Positions 39,165 to 52,240 of a stretch of 64,000 nucleotides of DNA are shown in pieces. Within the stretch, counting starts at the first letter, position 1, and each line of letters begins with the position of its first letter. Position numbers and translations under genes: made by a program. The stretch covers positions 57,598,001-57,662,000 of the forward strand of contig CM059427.1 of NCBI GenBank assembly GCA_030390025.1, read 5' to 3'. The notes under the pieces were generated by a model that did not search any database, was not told the DNA's origin, and was given only the letters and a program-made list of their open reading frames with translations. Origin of the DNA: Squalus acanthias. Taxonomy: Eukaryota.

Positions 39165-39455
39165 TTATGCATTCAGTCTCACTCCAGGCTTTGAGCAGAC
39201 ACTTCAGCAGAACAGAGAGTTCTCCCAGTGTCTGAGCCAAAATTCCTCCCTCAACCAAAACCATCAAAACACAGATTAGCTTTCATTAGTCATTCACCTC
39301 ATTTGCTGTTTGTGGAACCTTGTGGTATACAACTGGCTTCCACATTTGCCTTCATATCAAAAGTTACTGTAGTTTAAAATTAATTAATTGGCTGTAAGCA
39401 CTTTGAGATGTACCGAGAATGTGATAAGATGCTATATAAATGCAAGTTCTTACCC
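39165..39455 (+). mobile_element. DeuSINE partial copy
   Basis: Deu 3' half plus the tail gctatataaatgcaagttctt. Confidence 0.65.
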
Positions 39456-39634
39456 TTTGCTTTCAAAATAGGAAGAGAAAAATTTAGTTTGTAACTAACC
39501 CAACTCGCCAGGAGCAACATGATGGGCTATCTGCATACAATAGACCCTTTTCCCCCAACAAAACTATGGGAATATGCAAATTTGCCAGAAGAGCACTGGA
39601 ATAATCAAGGCTGGAGGTGACAAAGTGTCAGGGT

Positions 39635-39940
39635 CGGCCTTGGCTCAGTAGAAGCACTCTTGCCTTCGAATCAGATGGTTGTGGGTTCAAGACCCACTCC
39701 AAAGACTTGAGCACATAATCTAGGCTGGAACTTCAGTACAGTACTGAGGGAGTGCTACATTGTCTGAGGTGCCATCTTTCTGATGGTAATATAAACCGAG
39801 GCCTCATCTGCCCTCTCAGGTGGGCAAAAATAAATCCCATGGCACTTTTCGAAGAAGAGCAGGAGAGTTCTCCCCGGTGTCCTTGCCAATATTTATCCCT
39901 CAACCAACACCACTAAAACAGATTATCTAGTCATTATCTG
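39635..39940 (+). mobile_element. DeuSINE (head plus Deu domain)
   Basis: A box tggctcagtag, B box ggttcaagac, and aaaccgaggcc..tctgccctctcaggtgg...cccatggcacttttcgaagaagagcagg. Confidence 0.8.
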
Positions 39941-39944
39941 AACG

Positions 39945-41040
39945 TGATGGCCTCGATCTTCCCAATGTTTAACTGGAGGAAAATACCGCTCATTCAGACA
40001 GAATATCGGAGGAGCAGTCATAGGGGTAGAGAGAGGTAGTGAAGTAGAGCTGGGTATCGTGAGCTTACATGTCTCAATGTCTGTGGAAGAGGTCACCAAG
40101 GGGCAGGATATAAATGACGAAGAGGAGCAGCTAAGGATAAATTCTTAGGTGAGTCCAGGGATAATGGTGTGGGGGTGCAAAGAAAAGCCTTGGCCGAAGA
40201 TGCACTGGCTATGATTGGACAAGCAAGAGTGGAAGCATTCAAGGGTTGTCCCATGGAGTTGGATAATAGAGGAGAGGTGTTGTAGGAGAATGGTAAAATT
40301 GATTGATTAAAAGGATGCAGTGAAGTCGAGGAGGCAAAATACTCTACGATCACAGCCACAGAGAATGTCATTTGTGAATTTCATTAGAGCCGTTTCAGTG
40401 CTGTGGCAAGGGAGAGATGCACAAATTCATCTCTCAAAAGGACACATTCAGATTTCAGAGTTTCAAACATGGAGTTTCAGGAAACATGGGCACTGATTTA
40501 GGAGGAGACATATTCAGGAACTTTGAAGAGAAAATGGAGGCAGGAAATTGGGTGGTAGTTTGCAAGAACAGAGGGGTTAAGGATTGTTTTTTGAAGAGGG
40601 GCTAATGATGGCAGTTTTGAAAGGGATGGGGGGGTGGGGGTGGGGGGGAATAGTTCCTGAGGAGAGGGAACTATTTGCAATATCAGCTAGCATGGGGCCA
40701 GAGGGGAAGTTGGGTGGTTAGCAGTTTAGTGGGAAGGGGTAAAGGGAACAGGTGGTAGACCTGCTTAACAAGATGAGCTTGGAGAGGATGTGAAGGGAGC
40801 TGAGAGAAACTAGAGAAAGTCATAAGTCAGTGCTTGACCAGGGGGGAGCCTAGGAGGAGGTTTGGTCTGGTGGGCAAAAGGAAGACAGGGAAGCAGCTGA
40901 ACAGATGGTCTCAATCTTAGTGACAAAGAAGTCCATGAGCTCCTTGCACTTGTTAAAGGTTAGGATGGAGGGGACAGGGAAGAGGTAGTGATGAAAAAAA
41001 GCCACGGGTTAAGTTTGCTCTCCAGGATGATCCTGGCATA
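39945..41040 (-). mobile_element. Decayed L2 LINE
   Basis: Minus strand encodes LNPSVLANYHPISCLHFLFKVPEYV and other L2 RT remnants. Confidence 0.7.
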
Positions 41041-41044
41041 ACTG

Positions 41045-41505
41045 ACCAACATTCAGGCTAGGGCTGATTAAGTAGCAAGTAGCATCGCACTACACAAGTG
41101 CCAGGCAATGACCATCTCCAACAAAAGAGAGCGCCTAACCATCTCCCCATGACATTCAATGGCCATCGTCAAGCCCCCATCACCAGAAACTCAACTGAAC
41201 CAGCCACATAAATGCCATGGCTACTAAAGCAGATCAGAGGCTGAGTATTCTGCAGCGAGTGGCTCACCTTCTGACTCCCCAAGCATCTCCACCACCTACA
41301 AGGCACAACTCAGGAGTGCGATGGAATAATATCCACTTGTCTGGATGGGTACAGTTGCCACAACAACACTCAAGAAACTCAACACCATCCGCTACTTCCA
41401 CTCTTGCTTGTCCAATCATAGCCAGTCCGCTTGATTGGCACCCCATCCATTAGCTTAAATATCCATCTCCACCACCACTAGTGTACCATAGCTGCGGTTT
41501 GTATT
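41045..41505 (+). mobile_element. LINE fragment, same family as 37388-38933
   Basis: Aligns to ~38125-38600 (cacaagtgccaggcaatgac...cgcttgattggcacccc). Confidence 0.8.
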
Positions 41506-41509
41506 ATTT

Positions 41510-42415
41510 ACATTACATAATATTTACAGCACAGAAACAGGCCTTTTGGCCCAACAGTTCCATGCCAGTGTTTATGCTCGACACGAGCCTCCTCCCGCCT
41601 TTCTGCATCTAATCCCATCAACATATCCATCTATTCTTATCTCCCTCATGTGTTTATCTCGCTTCCCCTTAAATGCATCTATGCTAGTTGCATCAACTAC
41701 TCCTTGTGGTAGCGAGTTCCATATTCTAACCACTCTCTGGGTAAAGAAGTTTCTCCTGAATTCCCTTTTGGATTTATTAGTGACTATCTTATATTTATGG
41801 CCCCTAGTTCTGGTCTCCCTCACAAGCAGAAACATCTTCTCTTTGTCTACCCAATCAAACCCTTTCACAATCTTGAAGACCTCCATCAGGTCACTCCTCA
41901 GCCTTTTTTCCAGAGAAAAGAGCTCCAGCCTGTTCAATCTTTCCCGATAGGTATAACTTCTCAGTTTTGGTATAATTCTAGTACAGGAAACTCTCGTTTA
42001 AACGGCACCTAAATATCCGGAATTCTCTAATAACCGGCAGAATTCATACTCCGAAAACTACAGTATACAGTTGTTTATAAGTTTTGTTTTACTGTTAAGT
42101 AATTAAAGAGTTATGGATTACCCTCAACTGGCATTACTGTACTTAATCAAGCATCTTCCACCATCCATTTAACACAACATTCTGTAGGGGAGTACCCAAT
42201 TATACTGCACGTCTTGATTTTTTTATTTCTGTTTGTTAAAAATAGCCTCGGTAGATATACCTCTCCGTTATCCGGAATTTTTAAATCAACCGACACCATC
42301 CCGGTCCCGTCGGTGCCGGATACGAAAGAGTTTCCTGTACATCTTTTTTGCACCTTCACCAGTGCCTCTATATCCTTTTTATAATATGGGGACCAGAACT
42401 GCCTACAATACTCCA
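41510..42415 (-). mobile_element. CR1 3' fragment interrupted by a Tigger MITE
   Basis: LEYCRQFWSPYYKKDIEALVKVQKR, then the MITE, then RLELFSLEKRLRSDLMEVFKI...RRNFFTQRVVRIWNSLP. Confidence 0.9.
41984..42337 (+). mobile_element. 354-bp MITE, internal-deletion derivative of the Tigger family at 10503-12916
   Basis: TA at 41982-41983 and 42338-42339. The first ~76 bp match the reverse complement of 12840-12916 and the remainder matches the reverse complement of 10503-~10795. Confidence 0.93.
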
Positions 42416-44044
42416 ACTAGCGATGGCATTCAATGCTAGCCTCGCCAGCCAAAAAGGCTGCGGGAGATGGCAAGATCGAGAGGATGGCCAAGAAAGTGGG
42501 TAGGAGAGCTTATATTGAGGGAGAGATTTAGTGAGGACAGTTAAACAGTGAAATCAGACGAGCGAGGGCAAGGCGAGTTGAGATGGAGACTGAAATCACC
42601 GAGGTGAGGAAGGGATCAAGCTCAGCTGAGATACATTTCATACAATTAAAGGGTGGAAAAATTAAGAAGTCTAGTTCAGAACATGTTAACAAACCACTCC
42701 CATTGTTTAGACTCTCATACAAAGACCTCTTTACAGTGCTCCAACTTACAGCATCCTAAACTCAACAGCAGCACTCTAAAGTAAATAAAGTGGTGCCGTT
42801 ACCTTCAGAGGCAGCACAACGCCATTGACCGCAAAAATGGCCACAGGTGAGCCATATCGGCAAGCGATGCAGTTTCCCAATCACACTGACTTGTATAGGC
42901 ATGTCCCAGCAATGAGGGAAGGTCTTGCTGGTCAGATATAAAGTTGCAAACAGCATATGGACAATCTTGCACATGTGCAATGGTTTGTTTGCTGCCAGGT
43001 CTGCTGTAAAATACACAACACAATATAAATGACCTAATTCCACAGTATCAGGAGCTGCAAGGTTTACAAAGTTCTGTACTATAGACAAAGTAGAAATCCC
43101 TTGATTGTATTACAATTTTAATACTACATTTCAACTTTTACTCTACATGAAATATAGTATATACATAATACTGATCCTCTATTTTCTGAAAATTGTATCT
43201 TTGTAAACTGCACATTTATACCTCCAAATGTAGGTATTTCTATAATTTTGCACTCAAGGCCATATGCCTATTTTTCTCTTGCACATGCACCCATTGCTGT
43301 TCATTACCAAAGGCTCCAACTGTACAGCCTCCCCAGCCTAATGTGATACCAACCATTTTTCAAAAGGAAACACAAATACATAAATTAAGAGAAATCCACG
43401 GTTTAATTAAATTTGTATTAAGCTCCCGAATAATCCTAGGCGCTATGATTAAAAACACTACTTATACTATTTATCAATATGTAATTCACCCTTTATTTTA
43501 TAATATTTACAATTTTATACATTCCTGCATGCTACTATTAAAAAATGACATGATAATACAGCAGATTCTATCACGAGATTCAATACACCCTTAGGTCCCA
43601 GGTCATAATGCACCTTGTCACCTTCCAACAGCATTAGAAAACCTTCACATCAAATTGTGTACATCCCATTGGCAAGAAAATGATCTCAAGTCAAGAATTC
43701 ACCACTACCAGAGAAACCAGTTTAAATGTCACACTTAATACTTTTATTACTGGCTGCACAAACAATCATTTTCCTTCTCACTCTCATAAAACCTCTGCAA
43801 AGGTGCAACTCAGGAATTACATTTTACAGTATGTAGAAATAACTAAGCTTCCCCAATGGCTCCATTGGTAAGTGCACTGCCCCGAGTGGAACTGAGTCAT
43901 AGTCATCCCAAGTTTATTTTTAGCCAGTAGAGTAGTTTAGGATACTTGTATAATCCCCAAATTTATGATGGCCCCCCAGTCTATGTCTGTATCTCATCTT
44001 GTCTGGTTTGATCCTTGGTCTGTACTAAGCACCCTGCTGGGACA

Positions 44045-44458
44045 GCAACCCATCCACCACCTTAAACATTCACTCCCTCCAACACCGGCATACCGTGGCT
44101 GCAGCTGTGTACCATCTACAAGATGCACTGCAGCAACTCACCAAAGCTTCTTCGGCAGCACCTCCCAAACCCACGACCTCTTCCACCTAGAAGGACAAGG
44201 GCAGCAGGCGCATGGGACCACCACCACCTCCAGGTTCCCCTCCAAGTCACACACCGTCCTGACTTGGAAGTATATCGCCGTTCCTTCATCGTCGCTGGAT
44301 CTAAATCCTGGAACTCCCTCCCTAACAGCACTGTGGGAGTACCTTCACCACACGGACTGCAGCGGTTCAAGCCACCACCTTCTCAAGGGCAACTAAGGAT
44401 GGGCAATAAATGCTGGCCTTTCCAGCGACGCCCACATCCCACAAACGAAAAAAAAAAG
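44045..44458 (+). mobile_element. LINE 3' end with poly(A), same family as 37388-38933
   Basis: Highly similar to 38525-38930 and ends in an A-run. Confidence 0.9.
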
Positions 44459-45384
44459 TAGAGGTTTCACAATTCTCAACATTCCTAGACTAGTGAGGCA
44501 AGAAAAAAAAAGTCAGCCACACTACCAACTCCTGATCACTATCCAGTGAGCCCTGCTGGCAGTTCACACATGTGAACAGCTGATGAGTATCAGGTTAGGA
44601 TCTGTTATTATCCTTCCATTGAGGAATAACCGATGAACACTGGCTTTCTACACACGTGCATGAAGAATGGCATGTGGGCTCGATGTAGGAAGGCTGATAT
44701 TCTCCCTATAATTGTACCCAGCGAGAGTCAGCACCTTCAGAAAGGGCCGAACAAAACTGGGATGAAACAATAAGTACACTTAGGGCAATACTCCAAGTGA
44801 TGGGATCAAATGATGTTCATAAATCACACAAGCTTTGTTCTCAGCTGCTGATATCATCTCAACCACTTGACTAGATGACTACCCTATAATTTAGAGGTAT
44901 CCATTATCCTCTACGGAATATGCAGGATTGTGCCTGTCCTGGTAAACACAATCCATTGTTTTTCAAAAAAAAATATCAATTCCGACCATATGACAAACCA
45001 CACATTACTTTTTTTCTAAAAACCCTCTTCCTAGCATATGAAGTAAACACATGGTCAAAGCTCAGTAGCATTAATGATGGTGGTTACAGAAATCACTAGA
45101 ACAGAAAAGCTCAACAATGAAGATCACAGAAGATGGTATAACTTTATGTATAATAAAATAAAACAGATGAGTTTGTTACAGGCCGTAACATAATCTCAGG
45201 GATATGACTGCTTTAGTTATAATCAACTGAATTACTGCATATCAGGACACAGCCCCATCTATGTTTTCCTCTTTGATTCTGTACAATTATCAGAATATGT
45301 AGATTGTTGCTCTGTAATTTTGTACCTTCTATAGTAATATTATATCTCTGTCAAACACACTCACTGTTCTTTGGAATTTGGACA

Positions 45385-45610
45385 TGAGTCTAGGTTCGGA
45401 TCGGTCATGGCCCTGTGGGTAGTGGAGCGGGCCCAGGGACCGTGTAGCCTGATTCTGCTCCTATTTCGTGTGTGCAATTCTGTTAGATGCAGGAGATGGT
45501 TCTGTGATAGTAGATAGGCGGTTAGGATCAGATCAGCCATGATCTTATTGAATGGCGGAGCAGGCTCGAGGGGCCGATTGGCCTACTCCTGCTCCTATTT
45601 CTTATGTTCT
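45385..45610 (+). mobile_element. Two tandem CR1 3' termini
   Basis: gatcagccatgatc...ctactcctgctcctatttcttatgttctt, preceded by a more decayed copy. Confidence 0.75.
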
Positions 45611-47439
45611 TAATTGGCAGCAGACGTTGATTTGTGGCCTATGCAGGTACAAGTTGCTATGCTGCTATCGTCACCAAAAGCCACCTGGGAACTTTTTACA
45701 CATTTTTCTAATTCACTTACTCATTTATTTACTCTATCCATATATACATAGCGAAATGTTCTTAGTCTCTGATATTACAATCTCATTTTGTTACCTTGGA
45801 ATGGATTGCACCTTTAGTTGTAGTAAACTTCCCTCCCACCTCTCCCCCAAAAAATCTCAGCCTATTGTACAGAGAAGCAACCAACTGAACTGCTTTCATA
45901 ATAATTTACAGGTCATTGTTTCTATGACTGTTGCTTATTTTGCAAAGTCTGATCGATCTTACTTATTTTGAACACATTATTAAATTGTTCATTGTCAAGT
46001 CACTTGCTACAGGTTGTATTCTAACTATTGCGTGTAATCATCTTCCCAAAACCAGCAGAGGAGAGTATTTAGTAATGGGTGAGTTAAAGGGGCATTCTCA
46101 TCTTGTAAGACAATTTACCAGGCTAGTAAACAGGAGAATGTGACAAAATCAAAAACGCAGTGACAATCTCAAGGCACTACTGGCACCACAAAAGCTTTTG
46201 GGAGGTCAAAAATGTGTTGGGTTTGTGCTGCGGCAGATGTAGCATGAATTTCCTGTAATAATCAACATGGTAGCACAGCCCTGTTTTCAGGAATTACTGC
46301 TCTACATACCAAAAAAACTAGCACAGCCAACCCCAAAGATTCAGAAACAGGATGCAAGTTACTTGGGGGGTGGGAAATTACAAAAAATATTTTTAAGCCA
46401 TTTACTCATTTTTCTTTTTGCATGGCAAAGTCAAGCCAATGTGAAGTAAAGACTAGATTTAAAAATCCGCTACAAAATGCACATACGTTGTTAACTCTAG
46501 ATTGGTGTCAGTATAAATCTCATCTTTCCAGTCGATTGTTTGACTCTGGGATTAATCCACATTTGGTACCATATAAACATGAAGCCACTGTCACTTCAGA
46601 GTCCTTCCGATGGAGGCCACATGTATCCTGGCAACAATTACTGTCAATGTGGTAACATGAGGTGATTTCATCAGCATGCTTGTTGTGCGCATTGCCAACA
46701 AATACTATACATTGACTGAGCTTCTCTGTAGCGTCAAGAGGGCAATGTCATCGATACTTTCTAGCTTGAAAATGAGAAATTCTACTAGTTGAGAGTGTAA
46801 AACAAAACCAGAGAGAATTACATGGCTCTTTTTTAAAAAGATACATTTTAAGGGCAAAGCTTTAGCACCAACCTAGTGTAAATATTTTGTATAGTTTAAA
46901 AATAAAAGGCTCAGACAAGAGCAATATAGTTTACTGAACTTTTTGGTAAAATAAATGCTACATGTATCACCATTAGCCAGGTTCACCTCCCCAAAGGAAT
47001 TCTTTCCCACTTGGATTTGCTTTTTAATATCCTTCCCCCTGCCCCCACCAATTTTCTCCTCTCCACTCCTGAAGGCGCTACTTTTGCTGGGGTACAACAC
47101 CCCTGGTTCCAGTCCCCCTCCTGCTGCTCATCAAGTGATCATGTGCAATTCCAGACTCTACGCATCAGCAGGCTATTCCATTGTGCATGCATCACACCTG
47201 ATCCCTATCCTACCTTCATTCGATGTCCATATATGTGCATTTTCCCAAAGGGTTCACTGCAATAGTGACCAAAAAGGGAAAACGGGATTGATTTTTTTCT
47301 CCTCCCTCTCCCAGGAACACTCACAAACTGTCGTTCCCCTTCTGCCTCCCCAAATTAGAACAGCTAACTAGCACGGAGCAGGAATCAAACCGAACTTCAG
47401 AATATGCATGGCGCAGTAGCCATTTATTTACCCCCATAA

Positions 47440-47820
47440 TTACCTCTCAGAAACCTCTCAAAGCACATATAACGAGCTAATTTGAAGTGCAGTGATTGTT
47501 GTTTGATTGTAGGCAAACACAGTCATTAAGCTCAGGATTCCATGAGCAACAACGAAACGAATCCCTGGTTAGATTTTGCTACTGCAAAAGTGAGCAGTAT
47601 TGGCCAGGACATTAGAACTTCCTGTTCTTCAATAGTGCTCGTTGAGCTTTAATATTCACTAGAATAGGTTGGGGAGGCCTCAGTTTATCGTCTCATCTGA
47701 AAGCGGCACCTCCAACATGCAGCACCAACTTACTAGAATGGGGCCTGGAGTATACACAGTCCTGGAATGAGGCTCGAATCCACAACCTTCTTATTCAGTG
47801 TCAAGGGCGCTGTCAACCTA
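47440..47820 (-). mobile_element. Decayed DeuSINE
   Basis: The reverse complement shows a SINE head (gaaggttgtggattcgag) and Deu-like core. Confidence 0.55.
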
Positions 47821-49732
47821 GAGAACCTGACACCAAATTTACCTACTAGACTATCAAGAGAGCTTCGTGTGGATATCGTATTCTCACTTTAAAGGCCTTT
47901 CTCACGGGCTCTATAAAATCGCCTACTTAATTTCCACATGAATAACTGGAAAAAGCAGACATACAAACAATTTCTAATTGCTTTTGTAATGGTATTGCAT
48001 TGAGTGCACATAGGGTTGAATGACAGCATGGCAATGACAAGGAACGACTTGGCAGTGCTTTAAACTGATTTTTAAAGCTGAAATGCCATTTCGCTTCTGT
48101 GGATTTGTAGACACAAATTTCAAAACTTTAAACGTTAACAGAATCTTGTTTGAAGCCCAAGCGTTTAAAACGATCCAAAACATTATCTGCTATAAAAACT
48201 GCTGCACGATCCCATTTCAGCCATTCTATGAGCTGCTTGCACACACAGATTTTCTATTTGCAAGCCAGAAATTGATGACAACGCCCTACAACGGGCAGAT
48301 ATCGAACCCAAAATGAAGTGAAATCATGTGGTGCAATTTTGATGTGCTTCTTGTAAACAAGGCTTTTGTATTCCAATTACGGTCTGAAAAGTGAACCATG
48401 ATACTCAATTCTGTAACTATTCATACCAGTATTAAGATAGTTGAAGAAAAATCAATCCAGTCTTCTAATAATTAATTACATTAACGAGTAACTTGAGTCC
48501 TTCACAAACATTTACTAAAAGCAGGGTCATGCTACAGCTCTAAAAATAAAAATGTATCCAAATCATTTTCTCCCCCTTCTCAAGCCAGTGACTCTTGCTG
48601 GGATATAGTTCCAGAAGTATCAGCACCCACCCCCAGTAACTCACCCGAGTAGCTATACTTCATGCATGAGCCAGCCAGCAAGAGTTGGCAGGCTATTCGA
48701 CTACGGAGGTGGGGGGCATCGCAGTGGAGCCCAATAAGAATTTCGTAATTTTAATATATTAGGTCTTCAAAAAAAAAATGTGCAGTGGTAATGCACACCC
48801 CAAAGAAAAGGAAATAAACTCTAGCAGATGTATAACCTTTTTTTTTTTAATGGCACCAGTTTATTTAGATTCAAAAAAAAAATGTTTCTTGGATGGCACA
48901 CAATATGCATTCTGTTTGAAATTATCTTCTTACGTTCAGACATTCAATGCTGTTTTTTACATTATTAATTGGATGCGAAATACACCCCACCCTCATGATT
49001 ATAAAAGACTCTTCGCTATGGCATTCTCTCCTTTATTGCACTCTTGGACTTTTGATTCTATATTTTAAAGGTTACATTTTTATAATATACTATGGAACAT
49101 TTAATATAACATATACCTCATTAGAGCATGTGAAAGCTTAGCTCCTGCACACATTATAATGAGAACAGAGAGATTTTCAATAACATTTAAATGTTAGCAA
49201 AGGATAGAAATACTATAGCTCCTGAGTATTCAGGCACTAGTGCTATAATAAAATTATTTAAATATTTTACTTTCCTCAATGAGTTTGAGACAATCAGCTG
49301 ACTGCAGAAAAATACTCTTTGCTGCAGCATAAACTTCAGCAAAGATCATGTTTTTTTGAATAAACACCATAAACTCCGCTCTCTGGCCAGTGACTCCATC
49401 CCCTTCCCCGGCCGCCTCCGCAGGCTGACCCAGACCATGCGAAACTTCGGCGTGTTGTTCAACCCAGAGGTAAATTTGAAACTTCACATCCTATCCATCA
49501 TCAAGACCGCTTACTTCCACCTCCACAGCATTAGCAGCCTCTGCCCCTACGCCTCACCTCCACTGTCCCTGAAGCCCTCATTCACCCTTTTTGCCATCTC
49601 TACACCCGATTTCTCCAAGGTCCTCCTCGCCAGCCTCCCGTCCTCCACTTGCTCAAAACTCAGCTACCCACATCTTGTCCCACTCGCTCATTACTCCCAA
49701 CCTCACTGACTCCTTATCCCCTCCAACACAAT

Positions 49733-49920
49733 GGTGGTAATTTTAACCTGACCCACCCAGTGGGAAACTGGCAGGATCAGAGCTGCAGCCCGTTTTACAC
49801 CCTCGCTGATTTTACTTCCCATCGACTCCAATGAAGTGTGAAATCGAGCGGGGTGTAAAGCGGGCGGCCAATCTGATCCCATCAGTTTCCTGCCTGGCAA
49901 GTCAGGTTAAAATTACCCCC
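49733..49920. mobile_element. Palindromic MITE (188 bp)
   Basis: TIR GGTGGTAATTTTAACCTGAC / GTCAGGTTAAAATTACCCCC. Symmetry extends to a central CCCATCGACTCCAATG core. Confidence 0.85.
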
Positions 49921-50004
49921 ATTGAATTTAAAATCCTCATCTTTAAATCTTTCCTTGGTCTTGCTCCGCCCAAGCTCGAAAACCTCCTTCAGCCTTAGAT
50001 ATCC

Positions 50005-50428
50005 ATGGCTCAGTGGTAGCACTCTCACCTCCAGAGTCACAAGGCTGTGGATTCAAGTCCCACTCCAGAGACTTGGAACGCATAATCTAGACTGCTGCAA
50101 TGTCAGAAGTGCCGTCTTTTGAATGAGATGTTAAACTGAGGACCAGTCTGCCCTCTCAGGAAGATGTAAAAGATCACATGGCACTATTTCGAAGAACAGG
50201 GGAGTTATCCCTGGTGTCCTGGCGAATATTTATCCCTCAACCAAACATCACTACAAGAGATTATCTTGTCATTATCACATTGCTGTTTGTCGGACTTTGC
50301 TATGTGCAAATTGGCTGCCATGTTTATTACAACAGTGGCTACACTTCAAAAAGTACTTCATTGGCTGTAAAGCGCTTTGGGACATCCTGAGGTTGTGAAA
50401 TGCGCTATATAAACGCAAGTCTTTCTTA
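50005..50428 (+). mobile_element. DeuSINE, near full length
   Basis: tggctcagtggtagcactctc head, Deu core and cgctatataaacgcaagtctttctt tail. Confidence 0.85.
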
Positions 50429-50825
50429 TATCCTGCCTCCTTCAGTCCTCAGTCTCTGGCCATTTGTGTAACCTCTCCTCACCCTCCCCCTTTGAGCCAT
50501 CAGTGTCAGCAGAGTTTCCACACTACTCTCTGGAATTTCTTACCTAAACCCCTACATTCTACACACAAGTATCTTACCTAAAGCTCTCCAATTCTCTCCA
50601 CTTTTAAAACTCAAAATTCATCTTTTCCACCAAGCTTTCAATCACCTCTCCTAATTCTCACTCCATTGTACATTCCCTTTATCTATTTTTCCGCTTTCCC
50701 TTCCCAATGTAAATTGCCTTGGGACATTTTCTACATTAAAGGCCTTGTATATATGCAATTTGTTAATGAGCAGGTTTTTTTTCCCCTGCTCCCTAATCTT
50801 CTCCCTTTTTTTGTTGAACTTGCTG

Positions 50826-51185
50826 ATTTTTTTTAATTTATTCATTAATTCATGGGATGTGGGCGTCGCTGACAAGGCCAGCATTTATTGCCCATCCTAA
50901 TTGCCCTCGAGAAGGTGGCGGTGAGCCGCCTTCTTGAACCGCTGTAGTTGGTGAGGTGAAGGTACTCCCACATTGGTGTTAGGGAGGGAGTTCCAGGATT
51001 TTGACCCAGCGACAATGAAGGAACAGCGATATATTTCTAAGTCAGGATGGTGTGTGACTTGGAGGGGAACTTGGAGGTAGTGGTGTTCCCATGCACCTGC
51101 CGTCCTCGTCCTTCTAGGTGGTAGAGGTCGCAGGTTTGGAAGGTGCTGTCGAAGAAGCCTTGGCGAGTTGCGGCAGTGTATCTTA
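50826..51185 (-). mobile_element. LINE 3' end, same family as 37388-38933
   Basis: Reverse-complement match to the 44125-44458 sequence. Confidence 0.9.
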
Positions 51186-52104
51186 GTGCTGGGCTAAGAT
51201 TTTATGTGGCCAAATCTAGCATTGCTACACCATCCCAGCTCAGACCTGCCAAGTCTGTACAGACCATGTATTGAAGTTTGAATTTTCCTGGTCAGGCTGG
51301 CTTAGTGACGCATCAGACATTGTAACTATACTGAATTTTTTGTAATCATGAGCTTTATAACAAATAAATACTTGGCTAATGTGATGTACCATACATATCA
51401 CAAGCAATATTTTTAAGTCAAATAGCTACCCATATTTGTTCCATCATTCCTTAAGAACCTTTCCTTCCCTTTTGCTGCATGTATTATGCCATTACAGGAG
51501 GCTATATTTACAATAATTCAGTATAAATTCCTATTTGATTTCTTGGCTCTAATGACAGCACCAACTCTAACCCCAGTGTTGTGCATTCCAGACAGGCACT
51601 AGCCCTCTGCTGTAATTATGATTTTGTAATGTAATCATATGGAATGATAAATGTATATATTATATAGACACACACACAGCCTATGCTGGAAATTTTAAAG
51701 ATCAAAAGGTCCCTACTGGAAGACTAAGCCCAGTGTTATACTGGGTTTAAAATAGACAGATGATTAGTCAGTCATAAGACTTAGCAGATCCGTCAGCATT
51801 TGCTTATAACAATTTAAAGTGTTACTTCAGGGGGCATTCTAATTCAAAAGACTCAAGAGCACCATCAAGAACTTGCATTTATATATCACCTTTCATGACC
51901 TTAGGACATCCCAAAGCACTTTACAACCAAAGGAAGTACAGCAAATAACACTGACCTATAATATTAAATACAGCGGAATCCACTTATACGGAATTGGTCA
52001 AGATAAGAACAATAGATCTGTATATAAAAAAGCTACCAATACCACTGATTACTATTAGAGAAAAGAAGCAAACTAACAACTAGAGAGAAAAAGCAAAAAA
52101 CTAG

Positions 52105-52240
52105 ATTTCTGGAATCTGAATAAAAACAGCAAACGTTGGAAACAGTTCTGACGAAGAGGCTACAACATAAACATTCCCTCCTGTTTTCTCCACAGATGCT
52201 GATCGATCGGCTGAGGATTTCCAGTAATTTTTGTGTTTGT
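52105..52240 (+). mobile_element. Decayed Penelope-derived foldback unit
   Basis: cagttCTGACGAag...ctgttttctccacagatgctg...ctgaggatttccag. Confidence 0.65.

Larger units (their letters stand above)
49360..50765 (+). mobile_element. L2 3' portion carrying nested MITE and DeuSINE insertions
   Basis: Encodes HKLRSLASDSIP...RNFGVLFN...KTAYFHLHSI, and resumes after both inserts to the L2 tail gggacattttctacattaaagg. Confidence 0.75.

Noticed and set aside
43850-44760. Additional old SINE family (possible related pieces near 30320-30570, 47290-47425, 48570-48735, 51190-51340)
   Set aside because: Similarity is suggestive but too decayed to set boundaries or a family by eye.
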